64,000 bases of DNA, taken from NCBI GenBank assembly GCA_965248635.1, contig OZ252114.1, positions 4,751,250 through 4,815,249 on the forward strand, given 5' to 3'. The notes below the pieces were generated by a model. That model had not been told where the DNA came from. It was given only the letters and a program-made list of their open reading frames with translations, and did not search any database. Positions 41,813-53,460 of the stretch are shown here, one piece after another (positions within the stretch are counted from its first letter, which is position 1; every line of letters starts with the position of its first letter). The translations under genes and the position numbers were made by a program. The DNA comes from Acidobacteriota bacterium. Lineage in GTDB: Bacteria > Acidobacteriota > UBA6911 > RPQK01 > CBDAPI01.

Positions 41813-43903
41813 GTGTCGCAACCCGAAGAACTGTCTTACAAAGGAGTCGCTTATGGTGAGGCTCTCTCGGAGTCCGGGGAGTTTCACCTTCACAGCCCCT
41901 TCGAGACCTCACCCGACCAGAAAAGAGCCATTCCGGAACTCACGAAAGGGATCCGGGATGGACAACCCGACCAGGTCCTTCTGGGAGTGACCGGTTCTGG
42001 AAAGACTTTCACCATGGCCAAGGTGATCGAAGCCCTCCAGCGTCCGACCCTGATTCTCTGCCACAACAAGACCCTGGCGGCTCAACTCTATCAGGAGTTC
42101 AAGACTTTCTTCCCGGAGAACGCCGTCGAGTATTTCGTCAGTTATTACGACTACTACCAGCCCGAGGCCTACATTGCCTCGACTGACACCTACATCGAAA
42201 AAGAAGCACTCATCAACGAAGAGATCGATCGCCTGCGCCACTCAGCGACCCGTTCTCTCTTCGAGCGGCGTGACTGCATCATCGTCAGCAGCGTGAGCTG
42301 CATCTACGGTCTCGGATCGCCCGAGGCCTATTACGGTATGCTGTTGATGATCAATCGGGGCGCTCGAATCAGCCGCAGAGAAATCCTCAACAAACTCGTC
42401 GAGATCCAGTACGAAAGGCGGAACCACACACTGGAGCGCGGCACCTTTCGGGTGCGGGGTGATGTCATTGAGGTCGTACCCTCTTACGACGACTATGCCA
42501 TCCGAATCGAGCTGTTCGGAAACGAAGTCGAGGGAATCTCTCAATTCGATCCTCTCACCGGAAAGCTTCTTCGAGAGCACGACCGGATTCCCATCTACCC
42601 GAAGTCTCATTACGTCATTCCCAAGGAGCGCTGGAACCTGGCGGTTGACAGCATCAAGGCGGAGCTGGAGGAGACCCGCCCCCGCTGGGAAGAGGAAGGC
42701 AAGCTGGTGGAGGCCCAGCGCGTGCATCAGCGCACCATGTTTGACCTGGAGATGATCAAGACCGTCGGCTACTGCCGTGGAATTGAGAACTACTCCCGGC
42801 ACTTGACGGGCCGGCGACCCGGCGAGCCTCCCCCGACTCTGCTCGACTACTTTCCCGACGCTTCGCTGATGTTCATCGACGAGAGCCACGTCACAACACC
42901 TCAGGTTCGCGGGATGTACAAGGGAGATCGCTCCCGAAAACTGAACCTGATCGAATTCGGCTTCCGGCTCCCGTCGGCACTCGACAACCGGCCTCTCAAC
43001 TTCGAGGAGTTCGAGGCTAGGATCCCTCAGACTGTCTATGTCTCAGCGACACCCGGACCCTACGAGCTCTCGAAAACGGGGGGCGCATTTGTCGAGCAAG
43101 TCATCAGACCCACTGGACTGATGGACCCGATCATCGAGGTTCGGCCCGTCAAGGGGCAGGTGGACGATCTGCTGGGGGAGATTCGGCAGCGGGCTGCGAG
43201 CAAGGAGCGAGTCCTGGTAACGACTCTCACCAAACGGATGGCAGAAGAACTGACGGAGTACTATACGGAAGTGGGCGTGGCCGTTCGCTACCTCCACTCG
43301 GAAATCGACACTCTCGACCGGGTCAAAATCCTTCGCGATCTGAGACTGGGGAAATTCGACGTCCTGATCGGAGTCAACCTGCTGCGGGAGGGCCTTGATC
43401 TTCCCGAGGTTTCGCTGGTCGCAATTCTGGACGCCGACAAGGAGGGGTTTCTGCGCAGTGACACCTCGCTGATCCAGACGGTGGGCAGGGCTGCTCGAAA
43501 CATCAACGGAATGGCAATCATGTACGCCGACCGGACGACCGGGTCTATGCACCGAGCCATCCGAGAGACGACCCGGCGCCGAGAGATCCAGCAGGCCTAT
43601 AACAGGGAACACGACATTGCCCCGGAGTCGATCCTCAAGCCTGTCAATGCCTCGCTCCTGGAGATGGCGAAGATGGACTATCACGATGTCCTGATGGTTT
43701 CGGAAGAGGTGGCGGCTTTTCAGTCAGCTGCGGAAATTGAGGAAAAAATCGAAGAACTCCGCCACCAGATGACTCACGCTGCCAGCGAGTTTCGCTTTGA
43801 GGAGGCGGCCCGCTACAGGGATCGTGTCAGACACCTTCGCGAACTCCTGATGGAGATCGGCGAACACCAGCCAAACGCCGGCACCGGGGACGAGTCAAAA
43901 TGA
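41813..43903 (+). CDS. uvrB: excinuclease ABC subunit B
   Basis: [31 protein letters not shown]-terminal UVR domain. Confidence 0.98.
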   Translation: MSQPEELSYKGVAYGEALSESGEFHLHSPFETSPDQKRAIPELTKGIRDGQPDQVLLGVTGSGKTFTMAKVIEALQRPTLILCHNKTLAAQLYQEFKTFFPENAVEYFVSYYDYYQPEAYIASTDTYIEKEALINEEIDRLRHSATRSLFERRDCIIVSSVSCIYGLGSPEAYYGMLLMINRGARISRREILNKLVEIQYERRNHTLERGTFRVRGDVIEVVPSYDDYAIRIELFGNEVEGISQFDPLTGKLLREHDRIPIYPKSHYVIPKERWNLAVDSIKAELEETRPRWEEEGKLVEAQRVHQRTMFDLEMIKTVGYCRGIENYSRHLTGRRPGEPPPTLLDYFPDASLMFIDESHVTTPQVRGMYKGDRSRKLNLIEFGFRLPSALDNRPLNFEEFEARIPQTVYVSATPGPYELSKTGGAFVEQVIRPTGLMDPIIEVRPVKGQVDDLLGEIRQRAASKERVLVTTLTKRMAEELTEYYTEVGVAVRYLHSEIDTLDRVKILRDLRLGKFDVLIGVNLLREGLDLPEVSLVAILDADKEGFLRSDTSLIQTVGRAARNINGMAIMYADRTTGSMHRAIRETTRRREIQQAYNREHDIAPESILKPVNASLLEMAKMDYHDVLMVSEEVAAFQSAAEIEEKIEELRHQMTHAASEFRFEEAARYRDRVRHLRELLMEIGEHQPNAGTGDESK

Positions 43904-45216
43904 GCCGGGCTCTCGACAATCCAGTCCGACAGACCATCGAACCAGCCCATTCTCTAAGAGGTGAGGTTGTGCTTCCCGGGGACAAATCCATTTCCCATCG
44001 CACGGCCATACTGGCCGCTCTGGCCAGGGGACGGTCTGTGATTCGGAACTATTCCTCGAGTGAAGACTGCACCAGGACCCTGGAGTGTCTCCAGCAAATG
44101 GATGTCGAGATCCTTCGAAAGGCGGCGAGTGTAGAGATCCTGGGGCGCGGTGGGAGTGGCCTTCGGGAGCCTCGAGAGGCGCTCTATGCCGGTAATTCCG
44201 GGACTTCGATGCGGCTGCTGGCCGGAGTTCTTGCCGGCCTTCCCTTCAGAAGCCGCCTGGAGGGGGATGACTCGTTGAACAGCCGGCCGATGGCCCGAAT
44301 CATCACTCCTCTGAGGCAGATGGGCGGCCGGGTTCAAGCTCGCCAGGACCGCTTTCCCCCGCTCGATCTGAGTGGCCGCTGTCTGGAGGGAATTGAATAC
44401 GAGCTGCCGGTGGGCAGTGCTCAAGTCAAGTCCTGCGTCCTGCTGGCAGGCCTGCTGGCCCGAGGCCGGACGACCGTCGTGGAACCCGCCTCAACCCGAA
44501 ACCACACCGAACTTCTGCTCCCTGCCTTCGGGGGTAGAATCAGAAAGACGGGCTTTAGAATCTCGGTGGAGGGAGGCCAGGACCTGGAGGCGGCAGAGAT
44601 GGAAGTTCCGGGCGACATTTCTGCAGCGTCGTTTTTTCTGGTTGCCGCCAGCCTCCTACCCGACTCGCAAATCGAACTCCGGAGAGTCGGCTTGAATCCG
44701 ACAAGAAATGCTCTTCTTCGCCTTCTGATCAAACACGGCGGCAAGATCGAAATCTCCAGCCCGGACGTCTCGGGAGGTGAGCCCGTAGGCGATCTGTGCG
44801 TTTCTTACTCTCCCCGGCTTGTGGAGAGCTTCCCGACTCGTATCGGCGGACCTCAAATCCCGCTCCTCATTGACGAGATACCGGTTCTCGCCATTCTGGG
44901 ATCCCGACTAAAGTCGGGCTTCGAAGTAACCGATGCGACCGAATTGAGAGCCAAGGAATCTGACCGCATCCGGGCGATCGTCCATAACCTCCGTTCCCTG
45001 GGTGTAGCAGCGGAGGAGAGAAAGGATGGTTTTCAGATCCCGCCGGGACAGACTTTCCGGGGTGGAGAAGTGAGAACCTGGGGCGATCATCGGATTGCCA
45101 TGGCCTTCGCCATTGCCGCACTGATTTCCGAGCAACCGGTGGTTTTGGATGACGCCCGCTGCTGCGGAGTCTCTTTCCCAGGGTTCTTTGAACAGCTGAC
45201 AGCAGTGAACCCATGA
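43900..45216 (+). CDS. aroA: EPSP synthase
   Basis: [40 protein letters not shown]. Confidence 0.97.
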   Translation: MSRALDNPVRQTIEPAHSLRGEVVLPGDKSISHRTAILAALARGRSVIRNYSSSEDCTRTLECLQQMDVEILRKAASVEILGRGGSGLREPREALYAGNSGTSMRLLAGVLAGLPFRSRLEGDDSLNSRPMARIITPLRQMGGRVQARQDRFPPLDLSGRCLEGIEYELPVGSAQVKSCVLLAGLLARGRTTVVEPASTRNHTELLLPAFGGRIRKTGFRISVEGGQDLEAAEMEVPGDISAASFFLVAASLLPDSQIELRRVGLNPTRNALLRLLIKHGGKIEISSPDVSGGEPVGDLCVSYSPRLVESFPTRIGGPQIPLLIDEIPVLAILGSRLKSGFEVTDATELRAKESDRIRAIVHNLRSLGVAAEERKDGFQIPPGQTFRGGEVRTWGDHRIAMAFAIAALISEQPVVLDDARCCGVSFPGFFEQLTAVNP

Positions 45217-45761
45217 GGCGAGAGCATGTTTTTCTGATCGGCTTCATGGGGTCGGGCAAAACCACCGTCGGGGCCCTGCTGGGACCTGCCCTTTCTCTCC
45301 CTTTCATTGATCTGGATGAACTGATCGTCAGTGCCGAAGGCAGGAGTATCACGTCTATCTTTGCTGCCGAGGGAGAGGCCAGTTTCCGCAAAGTAGAGGC
45401 GCGAGTGCTCGGGGAAGTACTGGATTCACCCCCCGCGGTATTGTCTCTGGGAGGAGGAGCCTTCCTGCCACTCGAGAACCGACGCAGGATCCGGGAAAGA
45501 GGCACCTCCATCTGGCTGGCGGTCTCTCTTGATGAGGCGCTGGAGCGTTGTCGCAGAGAGCAGGGTCGGCCTCTGGCTCTCGACCAATTGGAGTTCTCGA
45601 AGCTTTACGAGCAAAGGCAGCCGATCTACCAGGAGTGTGACGTCAAGGTCGAAACTGACCGGAAATCAGCTCCCACCATCTGTCGGGAAATCATGATGCG
45701 CCTGGAGGAAAAGGAAAATGCCCTGGATTGTCACGATCGAATACGAAAAAGCTACGGGTGA
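45213..45761 (+). CDS. aroK: shikimate kinase
   Basis: GFMGSGKTTVG, GE..FR..E, GGG, RPL. Confidence 0.95.
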   Translation: MRREHVFLIGFMGSGKTTVGALLGPALSLPFIDLDELIVSAEGRSITSIFAAEGEASFRKVEARVLGEVLDSPPAVLSLGGGAFLPLENRRRIRERGTSIWLAVSLDEALERCRREQGRPLALDQLEFSKLYEQRQPIYQECDVKVETDRKSAPTICREIMMRLEEKENALDCHDRIRKSYG

Positions 45762-46281
45762 CCTGCTGTGTGAATACGATGCAGGACTGCGGCGGGCGGG
45801 AAAGATCTATAACATCGTGAAAATCTCCAGCCTCACCCCCAGCCTTCTCCGCACCTCGATGAGATTCTACTGGGCCTTGATGCATGAAGGCGGAGAACTC
45901 AGCCGCACTCAACGGGAAATGATCGCAGTCGTGGTTTCCAGGGCGAATGACTGCTTTTACTGAATCGAAGCTCATGGGGAGGATCTCCATAACACAGGTG
46001 TGGAGCTGGATCAGGTCGAGAAGATCAAAGCTGATTACCGAGTCGCCGGACTCTCCGCGACGGACACTGCGGTTCTGGATTTCGCGGTCAAGTTGACTCT
46101 CCACCCTTCGAGAATGGAGACATCTGACCTGGACGTGCTGAGGAAGGAAGGCTTCTCGGACGTAGCGCTTCTTGAGATCGTTCACATCACCGGCTATTTC
46201 AACTACATCAATCGCGTAGCGGATGCCCTGGGAGTGGATCCCGAGCGGGAAGGGGGGGACCTTCAACCTTCAACCAAGTAA
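45718..46281 (+). CDS. AhpD/CMD-family peroxidase-related selenoprotein (CxxU), in-frame UGA at 45961
   Basis: Two in-frame ORFs join as REMIAVVVS..NDCFY-U-IEAH...FAVKLT..P...FNYINR; hairpin starts 11 nt after the UGA. Confidence 0.82.
45974..45990 (+). promoter_or_regulatory. putative bacterial SECIS element
   Basis: ATGGGGA-GGA-TCTCCAT stem-loop with an apical G about 18 nt downstream of the in-frame UGA. Confidence 0.6.
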
Positions 46282-46350
46282 CCAGAATCAATACACGATC
46301 AGTAGTATCGCTAAGGTCTGCTATCATGCTGACAGCTTTATTGATCATTT

Positions 46351-47724
46351 TTGCCAGTGGGTTGGTGTGTGAAAGTTCTTCAGCGATTGGGGCCCAACCT
46401 CATTCCCCTGCTTTCTCTCTGCGCGATTTGCTTCGCCGCAGAAACGGGCACTTCCTTCAAACTCGCAGACATCGCCGATCAGTTTCCTTCCAAAGGATTT
46501 GAGGTGGAGATCGCTTTCTGGAAAAAGATGTTCACCGAATACCGGGAAACCCAGGTTATCTTTCACGATCGCGGTGACCTTCGAGTGGTATACGAGGTGG
46601 TCGAATTCACCCGCGGCGTTCGCGATGACAAAGAAGAGGCAAAGCGGCAGAGCAAGATCCTGCAAAAGAAAAGGGATCACTTCAGAGAACTGCTGCTCGA
46701 TATGGGCAGACGCGAGCCCCGTTCCCAGGAAGAGAATCGGATCGTCACGCATCTTGAAGAGCTGGGGCACAAACCGACTGCCTCTCTTTACCGACGACTG
46801 GCTAGAGATCTCCGATATCAGCGGGGACTCCGCGAGCAGTTTGCAGAGGGGATTTCACGGTCAGCCCGGTATCTGGAGGCCATCCAGGAGATTTTGCGAG
46901 AGGAGGGAGTTCCCGGGGAATTGGCCCTGCTTCCCCATGTTGAGTCAGCCTTCCAGTGGTCCGCTGTCTCCAAGGCCGGCGCTGTAGGCCTCTGGCAATT
47001 CGTGAGGGGCACGGCGCGAAGCTACATGACGGTCAACCGATACGTGGATGAGAGGTTGGATCCGCTTAAATCAACACGGGCTGCCGCCAGACTTCTGCAC
47101 GACAATTACGAATCCCTGGGAACATGGCCACTGGCAATCACAGCCTACAACTACGGGCGCTCCGGGATCATGAGGGCAAAGAGGCGCCACGGCCCCGACA
47201 TGCTTGTCATCGCGCGTCACTACAAGGCTCGCCGTTTCGAGTTCGCCAGTCGCAATTTCTATCCTGAATTCCTTGCCGCTGTAGAGGTCGTGAGGAACCA
47301 GCTCCTCTACTTCAGCGACATTCAACCAAGCACGGTCCTGGAGTACGAACTCCTGGTTCTCCCAAAGAGCTATCGAGTGACTGTGTTTGAACAAGTGGAG
47401 GGGCTGGACCGGACTCTACTGAAGGAATACAACCCCTTTCTCACCTCACTTGTCTGGAGAGAAGGAGTGCTCCCCGCCGGGGTCGATTTGCGCCTCCCCC
47501 CGACCACCCTGGAAGCGGTCCGGGATGTCCTGAGCAAGGCCCGGCCCGTCACGTCGAGCTTTGAACTGGCCTCCGACGGGGTGATGATTTACCGGGTCCG
47601 CGGCGGTGACACCGTCGGGAAGATTGCGGCCCGCTTCGGTTCATCCATCGGCGCCATCCAGCGCTCCAATGGATTGAGTGATGCCAACCTGATCGTTCCC
47701 GGGCAGCGACTCCGGATTCCCTGA
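46351..47724 (+). CDS. lytic transglycosylase with LysM domain (MltD-like)
   Basis: LPHVESAF, AGAVGLWQF, AITAYNYG, C-terminal LysM YRVRGGDTV..IA. Confidence 0.9.
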   Translation: MPVGWCVKVLQRLGPNLIPLLSLCAICFAAETGTSFKLADIADQFPSKGFEVEIAFWKKMFTEYRETQVIFHDRGDLRVVYEVVEFTRGVRDDKEEAKRQSKILQKKRDHFRELLLDMGRREPRSQEENRIVTHLEELGHKPTASLYRRLARDLRYQRGLREQFAEGISRSARYLEAIQEILREEGVPGELALLPHVESAFQWSAVSKAGAVGLWQFVRGTARSYMTVNRYVDERLDPLKSTRAAARLLHDNYESLGTWPLAITAYNYGRSGIMRAKRRHGPDMLVIARHYKARRFEFASRNFYPEFLAAVEVVRNQLLYFSDIQPSTVLEYELLVLPKSYRVTVFEQVEGLDRTLLKEYNPFLTSLVWREGVLPAGVDLRLPPTTLEAVRDVLSKARPVTSSFELASDGVMIYRVRGGDTVGKIAARFGSSIGAIQRSNGLSDANLIVPGQRLRIP

Positions 47725-47726
47725 CC

Positions 47727-50375
47727 CTAGACCGCCACGGACTCTTCCAGTTCCGGTTGGCTGGACTGGGTCACGACCAGAGACAACGCCTGTGCTTCCT
47801 CGTGATAGTCCGCCTGCACGGAGTGACCTTCCTTCAACTCGCCGCGCACGATGAGAAGACCCAGGGGGTTCTCCAGTTCTTTGCGAATGGCTCGTTTGAG
47901 TGGCCTGGCGCCGTAGCTCGGGTCATAGCCGGCCCGGACCAGAAACCGCCGCGCCGACTCACCTAGGGAGAGCTCGATCTGCTTCTCGGCCAGCCTCCTC
48001 TGCAGTCCCCTGAGCTGGATCTCCACAATTCTCTCCAGGTGTTCTTCACTCAGGGCGTGGAAAACAATCGTCTCGTCGACACGGTTCAGAAACTCGGGTC
48101 GAAACCGCTCACGCAGTTCCCCCAGGACCGTTTCCTTCATTCGCTCGTAGTCGCTCCCCCCAAAAGCGCCGCGGTATTCCAAAATTCTGTAGCTCCCAAG
48201 ATTGGACGTCATGATGACGATGGTGTTCTTGAAGTCCACGGTCCGCCCTTTGCCATCCGTCAACCGTCCCTCATCGAGAAGCTGCAGGAGCATGTTGAAA
48301 ACATCCGGGTGAGCTTTCTCAATCTCATCAAAGAGAATCACGGAATAGGGACGCCGGCGAACGGCTTCCGTCAACTGGCCCCCTTCGTCGTAGCCGATAT
48401 ATCCCGGAGGCGCTCCCAACAGTCGTGCCACCGTGTGCTTCTCCTGGTACTCGGACATATCGATTCGGATCATGGCGCGCTCGTCGTCAAAGAGCGATTC
48501 GGCCAGAGCCCTGGCTAGTTCTGTCTTCCCGACCCCTGTAGGACCCAGGAAGATGAAGCTTCCGATGGGGCGGGCCGGATCCTTTAATCCCGAGCGGGCC
48601 CGGATGACTGCTTCACTCACGGACGTCACGGCCTCGTCCTGACCCACAACGCGCCTGTGCAGATCCTCGCCGAGACTGACCAGTTTCTGCATCTCCCCTT
48701 CCAGCAATCTGGAAACGGGAACTCCGGTCCAGCGGCTCACAACAGCCGCGATGTCTCCTTCTGAAACTTCTTCTTTGAGCAATCTCGCTTCGCCCTGTTT
48801 TCGATTCAGAGCCTGCTCTTCCTGGGTCAGTTCGTTCTCGAGTCTGGCCAATACCCCATACTTGAGTTCCGCTGCTCGATTCAGATCGTAGTTCCGCTCT
48901 GCCTGCTCGATCTCAATCTTCGTTTGTTCGATCTCTTCCCGCAGCGCTCTCAGTTTGGACACGGTTTCCTTCTCGGCCTGCCATTGAGCCTGCAGCGCGT
49001 CACTCTGGGATTTCAAATCGGCGAGGGTCCTCTCCAACTTTCCCAGTCTCTCCCTGGCGGCTTGATCCTTTTCGTTCTTCAGGGCTTGCCGCTCGATTTC
49101 CAGCTGCATGACCCGTCGTAGGATCTCATCCAGCTCGGAAGGCATCGAATCGATTTCCGTTCTCAATTTGGCTGCCGCCTCATCCATGAGGTCGATCGCT
49201 TTGTCAGGGAGAAATCGATCTGAGATGTAGCGGTTTGACAAAGCTGCTGCTGCGATAAGGGCCGCGTCCTGGATTCTGACACCGTGGTGGACTTCGTACC
49301 GCTCCTTCAGACCCCGCAGGATTGAAATCGTGTCTTCAACCCCAGGTTGATCCACCAGCAGCGGCTGAAATCGACGTTCGAGAGCCCCATCTCGTTCCAC
49401 ATGCTTGCGGTACTCATCCAGTGTCGTGGCTCCAACGCAGTGCAGCTCGCCCCGCGCCAGCATCGGCTTCAGAAGGTTCCCGGCATCCATTGCACCCTCG
49501 ACCTTCCCGGCACCGACCACGGTGTGCAGTTCATCGATAAACAGGATGATTTGGCCCTGCGCCGATGCCACTTCCTTCAACACAGCCTTGAGGCGCTCCT
49601 CGAATTCGCCACGATACTTGGCTCCGGCGATCAGGGCACCCATGTCCAGGGTGACGACCCGCTTGTGCTTCAGTCCCTCGGGTACATCACCCCGGACGAT
49701 CCTCTGGGCCAGGCCCTCGACGATGGCCGTCTTGCCTACTCCCGGCTCACCGATTAAGACCGGGTTGTTCTTGCGTCGACGAGACAGTACCTGCATGATT
49801 CGTCGGATCTCGTCGTCCCTGCCGATGACTGGGTCCAGTTTCCCCTGGCTGGCGAGTTCGGTTAAGTCGCGACCGTACTGCTGGAGAGCCTGATAGGTGG
49901 ATTCGGGATCTCGCGAAGTCACCTTCTGGCCTCCTCTCACCTCCCGAAGAGCCCTTTCCAGCCTTTCGCGCGTCACCCCGAAGATTCCAAACGTCTCGCC
50001 CGTTTTGCCTTTGTCGAGGGTCATGGCCAAGAGCAGATGCTCTACCGATACAAACTGGTCCTGGAGGTTGCCAGCTTCTTTCTCCGCCCTGGACAATAGT
50101 GCATTCAGCCTCTGCGTCACGTAGAGCGAATCAACGGCCCCGGACGGGCTCTCGACCTCAGGCAGACCTCCAAGGTGCTGCTCTACGGATTGACGCAGGC
50201 CCTCCACCTGAATCTCGGCTTTGTTGAGAATTGATGGGGCCAGGCCTCTCTCTTGAAGAAGTAGAGCCATCAGCAGGTGCTCTACGTCCACCTGTTGATG
50301 ACCTCGCTCGAAAGTCTGGGTCTGAGCCGCGGCCAGTCCTTCTCTTGCTTTTTCAGTGAACCGATTCAAATCCAT
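47727..50375 (-). CDS. clpB: ATP-dependent disaggregase ClpB
   Basis: Two AAA+ domains ([16 protein letters not shown]) and a coiled-coil middle domain. Confidence 0.98.
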   Translation of the reverse strand: MDLNRFTEKAREGLAAAQTQTFERGHQQVDVEHLLMALLLQERGLAPSILNKAEIQVEGLRQSVEQHLGGLPEVESPSGAVDSLYVTQRLNALLSRAEKEAGNLQDQFVSVEHLLLAMTLDKGKTGETFGIFGVTRERLERALREVRGGQKVTSRDPESTYQALQQYGRDLTELASQGKLDPVIGRDDEIRRIMQVLSRRRKNNPVLIGEPGVGKTAIVEGLAQRIVRGDVPEGLKHKRVVTLDMGALIAGAKYRGEFEERLKAVLKEVASAQGQIILFIDELHTVVGAGKVEGAMDAGNLLKPMLARGELHCVGATTLDEYRKHVERDGALERRFQPLLVDQPGVEDTISILRGLKERYEVHHGVRIQDAALIAAAALSNRYISDRFLPDKAIDLMDEAAAKLRTEIDSMPSELDEILRRVMQLEIERQALKNEKDQAARERLGKLERTLADLKSQSDALQAQWQAEKETVSKLRALREEIEQTKIEIEQAERNYDLNRAAELKYGVLARLENELTQEEQALNRKQGEARLLKEEVSEGDIAAVVSRWTGVPVSRLLEGEMQKLVSLGEDLHRRVVGQDEAVTSVSEAVIRARSGLKDPARPIGSFIFLGPTGVGKTELARALAESLFDDERAMIRIDMSEYQEKHTVARLLGAPPGYIGYDEGGQLTEAVRRRPYSVILFDEIEKAHPDVFNMLLQLLDEGRLTDGKGRTVDFKNTIVIMTSNLGSYRILEYRGAFGGSDYERMKETVLGELRERFRPEFLNRVDETIVFHALSEEHLERIVEIQLRGLQRRLAEKQIELSLGESARRFLVRAGYDPSYGARPLKRAIRKELENPLGLLIVRGELKEGHSVQADYHEEAQALSLVVTQSSQPELEESVAV

Positions 50376-50628
50376 ATAATGAGTCTCCTGATTGCTCTGG
50401 TGCGCTCCACAAGTTCATAAGATCGGAACCCGGGAGTCGCAAGATGGCAGGGAGTACTCAGTTTGCATTGGCAGACGCGGCGTCTTATGTGAATGGCTGC
50501 AAATGGACAGACAACATCCGAATCAGAACCGTTGGCGCGAGGCCGCGGCTACAACTCGGCCCTCGCTGACGCTCAGGTTCTGAGAGGCTCGGTAAGGATC
50601 AAAGGAAGATTTGAGAACAAACAAAACG

Positions 50629-51228
50629 ATGACCAAGCAGAGCAAGAAAAGCGAAGCCGAAGAAAAGAGAACCACGTTTCAGGTGACAGATAGGAGATTC
50701 TGGGTGGGCGATGAAAGCAGCATCGACCGGGCTGAGCCCGCGGAAAAAAAGTTCCCTTCCTTCATTGAGGAGCTGAAAGCCCGAACCGAGCTTGCGGAAT
50801 CCCGCCTGAAGGAGAAGCTGGAATCACTGGAGCGGGACAACGAAGCCCTGCGCGCCAGGCTGCGGAGGGACATGGAGCAGCGTCTCGAACGCGAGAAACT
50901 TGGCCTGGTGAGAACTTTCCTCGAAGTGGCCGATAATTTTGAGAGAGCTCTCGCAGCCAGCGTCGACTCAGACAATTTCCCGGCGCTCCGTGAGGGTGTC
51001 GACATGAACCTTCGACTCTTCCGCCAGAAACTGGAGCTTCTGGGGCTAGAGCCGATTGAGCCATTGGGAGAGGAATTTGACCCTGAAGTGGCCGAGGCCG
51101 TAGCCATGGTCCCGGTTCAGGACCCGGACCAGAGTCAGAAGGTGGTCGCCGTCGTCCAAAGAGGCTACCGCAAAGGAGAGCACCTGCTCAGACCGGCCCA
51201 GGTCCACGTGGGACGGTTTGAGCCCTAG
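50629..51228 (+). CDS. grpE: nucleotide exchange factor GrpE
   Basis: DNFERAL, GEEFDP...EAV, QRGY...LLRPA.V.V. Confidence 0.92.
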   Translation: MTKQSKKSEAEEKRTTFQVTDRRFWVGDESSIDRAEPAEKKFPSFIEELKARTELAESRLKEKLESLERDNEALRARLRRDMEQRLEREKLGLVRTFLEVADNFERALAASVDSDNFPALREGVDMNLRLFRQKLELLGLEPIEPLGEEFDPEVAEAVAMVPVQDPDQSQKVVAVVQRGYRKGEHLLRPAQVHVGRFEP

Positions 51229-51887
51229 CGAGTGCCCGACCGGTATTCCACTTTCACCTTCTTGATCCACATGGCGGTGGCGGGCCGCTGCTTGAGCCTT
51301 GGATCCTTGGATCTCGGAGTGTTGGAGATGCGCTCAGCTACTTCGATGCCTTCGACGACTCGACCGAAAACCGTGTACTCCCCATCCCACTGAGACACTC
51401 GCTCCAGGCAGATAAAGAATTGACAGCTGGCAGAATTGGGATTATGCGCCTGTCGGGCCATTGCCACGGTCCCGCGGGCAAATTTTTCCCGGCTGAACTC
51501 AGCTGTCAGAAAGCTCTCACTGTTGCCCTGGCCATCGTTGTACGGGTTGTTGTCCTTGGAATTTGGATCGCCTCCCTGAATCATCCGTCCAGGCATGATG
51601 CGATGAAAGAGGCTGTTGTAGTAAAAACCGCTTTCCGCCAGCTCCAGAAAACGCTCCACAGTCTGGGGGGCCAAATCCCGTCGCAGCTCGATTACGATGT
51701 CCCCCCGCTTTGTCGTCATCGTGACAAAAGGAGTTCCGGTGGGAGCCGGCTCGGGTTCGGCCGTAGCCATCTCAGATTCCAGGGCAGGTTCGTCCGTCTC
51801 TCGAGGAGTCTCAGCCGTTCCCCCGCACCCGACCAGCAGCAGGGCCAGCAAAGACGGGGCAAGATTGATCAAGGCGATCCTTCTCAT
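51225..51887 (-). CDS. cyclophilin-type peptidyl-prolyl isomerase (lipoprotein)
   Basis: Lipobox LVGC, FHRIMPG.MIQGGD, AMAR..SASCQFFI, YTVFGRV. Confidence 0.92.
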   Translation of the reverse strand: MRRIALINLAPSLLALLLVGCGGTAETPRETDEPALESEMATAEPEPAPTGTPFVTMTTKRGDIVIELRRDLAPQTVERFLELAESGFYYNSLFHRIMPGRMIQGGDPNSKDNNPYNDGQGNSESFLTAEFSREKFARGTVAMARQAHNPNSASCQFFICLERVSQWDGEYTVFGRVVEGIEVAERISNTPRSKDPRLKQRPATAMWIKKVKVEYRSGTR

Positions 51888-51984
51888 GGGTGAGATTATG
51901 GCTAAGTCCGTTCCAGATTCCAAATGGGTCAGGCACCTGCCTGACGCGAATGTGGGAGGCGGCTCAGGGGCACCGGAACGTAAA

Positions 51985-52056
51985 GAGAGTGGGAGGGGCC
52001 GCAGGGAGGCGGACGTTTAAATTCCCGGACGCAGCCCTGCGGACCCTCCCACTCTC
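51985..52056. repeat. REP/REPIN-like hairpin, copy 3
   Basis: GAGAGTGGGAGGGGCCGCAGGG..GACGTTTAAATTCCCG..CCCTGCGGACCCTCCCACTCTC. Confidence 0.88.
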
Positions 52057-52090
52057 GCGTCTACCACCAAGGGTCCCCCGACCTGCAAGC

Positions 52091-52153
52091 TGGGAGACGG
52101 CTCGGGGCCGCGGCCGTTTCAATCTCCCGGCCGCGGCCCCGAGCCCCCTCCCA
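52091..52153. repeat. REP/REPIN-like hairpin, copy 4 (variant loop, overlaps the ruvC 3' end)
   Basis: TGGGAG..GGCTCGGGGCCGCGGCCG TTTCAATCTCC CGGCCGCGGCCCCGAGCC..CTCCCA. Confidence 0.8.
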
Positions 52154-52634
52154 CTTTCGAACACCTCAGGGCGTGGCAGATGGCAACGGCCAGAGCGTCA
52201 GCGGCATCGTGTGGTTCAGGCTTCTCGCCGAGATGGAGCAGCACGGACACCATCAATTGGACCTGCTGCTTGTCCGCCCGTCCATAGCCGACCACCGACT
52301 TCTTCACCTGCAGCGGTGAGTATTCGAAGACCGCGGCTCCCGATTCCGCGGCAGCCAGCAGGGCCACGCCGCGAGCCTGGCCCAATTTGAGTGCGGTTCG
52401 GGCGTTGACGGCGTGGAACACCTCCTCCAGCGCAACTACTTCAGGACGGTGTTTTTGCAGAGACAAAGACAGCTGCCGGTAGATCCGTCGAAGGCGACTG
52501 GGGAAATCGTTCTCTCCGCCCCGGCGAACCCCCCTGGCGGCTCCATAGTCGAGGCATTGAAACCTGTTCCCTTCCACATCTATGACTCCAAAACCCGTCG
52601 TGCGGCTCCCGGGGTCGATGCCAAACACTACCAT
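52119..52634 (-). CDS. ruvC: Holliday junction resolvase RuvC
   Basis: GIDPGS..TGFG, LGQARG, VKKSVVGYGRADK.QV, DAADALAVAICH. Confidence 0.97.
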   Translation of the reverse strand: MVVFGIDPGSRTTGFGVIDVEGNRFQCLDYGAARGVRRGGENDFPSRLRRIYRQLSLSLQKHRPEVVALEEVFHAVNARTALKLGQARGVALLAAAESGAAVFEYSPLQVKKSVVGYGRADKQQVQLMVSVLLHLGEKPEPHDAADALAVAICHALRCSKVGGGSGPRPGD

Positions 52635-52664
52635 CAGGACGAGGCTGAAGATGAAAGAGAGCGG

Positions 52665-53417
52665 TCAGGTACCGGCAAGGGCTTCCAGTTCCGACCCTTC
52701 AATGTCGAAGTTGGCGTAGGCGTGCTGAACGTCATCGTGGTCCTCGAGCATCTCCATCAGATTGAGCATCCGGGCAGCCACTTTTCCTTCCGACTTCACC
52801 TCGGTGTTGGGGACCATTGTCAGTTCGCTGATCGCCGGCTCCACCTCAGCTGTCTCCAGCGCCTGCCGGACCGTTTCAAACTGCTCCAGTGAAGTGTAGA
52901 CCTCATAACTGTCACCCTCGGACTGCAGATCCTCGGCTCCAGCCTCCAGAACAATCTCCAACAGATCATCCTCCGAAGCAGCGTCTTTGGGAACGGAGAT
53001 GTAACCCTTTCGATCGAACATCCAGTTCACGCTGCCAGCCTCTCCGAGGTTTCCCCCGTGCTTGGCGAAGAGGTGACGGATATCAGCCACGGTTCGGTTC
53101 TTGTTGTCGGTCAGGCATTCCACGAAGACAGCGACGCCGCCGGGCCCATAACCTTCATAGATGGCCGACTCGTAGTTGACTCCGGGAAGCTCTCCGGTTC
53201 CCTTCATGATGGCTCGTTTAATGTTGTTCTGCGGCATGTTTGCACTCTTTGCCGCCTGAACTGCCGTTCGCAGCCGTGAGTTGGATTCGATGTCCCCCCC
53301 GCCGAGGCGGGCAGCCACAGTGACCTCTTTGATCAGCTTGGTGAATATCTTTCCACGCTTGGCGTCGACAATTGCCTTCTTGTGCCGGATGGAGTGCCAT
53401 TTTGAATGTCCGGACAT
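52665..53417 (-). CDS. yebC: YebC/PmpR family protein
   Basis: [22 protein letters not shown]. Confidence 0.96.
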   Translation of the reverse strand: MSGHSKWHSIRHKKAIVDAKRGKIFTKLIKEVTVAARLGGGDIESNSRLRTAVQAAKSANMPQNNIKRAIMKGTGELPGVNYESAIYEGYGPGGVAVFVECLTDNKNRTVADIRHLFAKHGGNLGEAGSVNWMFDRKGYISVPKDAASEDDLLEIVLEAGAEDLQSEGDSYEVYTSLEQFETVRQALETAEVEPAISELTMVPNTEVKSEGKVAARMLNLMEMLEDHDDVQHAYANFDIEGSELEALAGT

Positions 53418-53460
53418 GTAGGAATCCTTCCCAAATCGGACCGGGGGTATTCTAACATTA

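Noticed and set aside
45961-45963. UGA as a simple nonsense mutation or two separate genes
   Set aside because: It falls exactly on the catalytic Cys position and is followed by a SECIS-like hairpin, so Sec recoding is the better explanation, though unproven.
50376-50628. CIRCE/HAIR operator or ncRNA between clpB and grpE
   Set aside because: No convincing TTAGCACTC-N9-GAGTGCTAA or CTTGAGT-N7-ACTCAAG match and no recognisable RNA family by eye.
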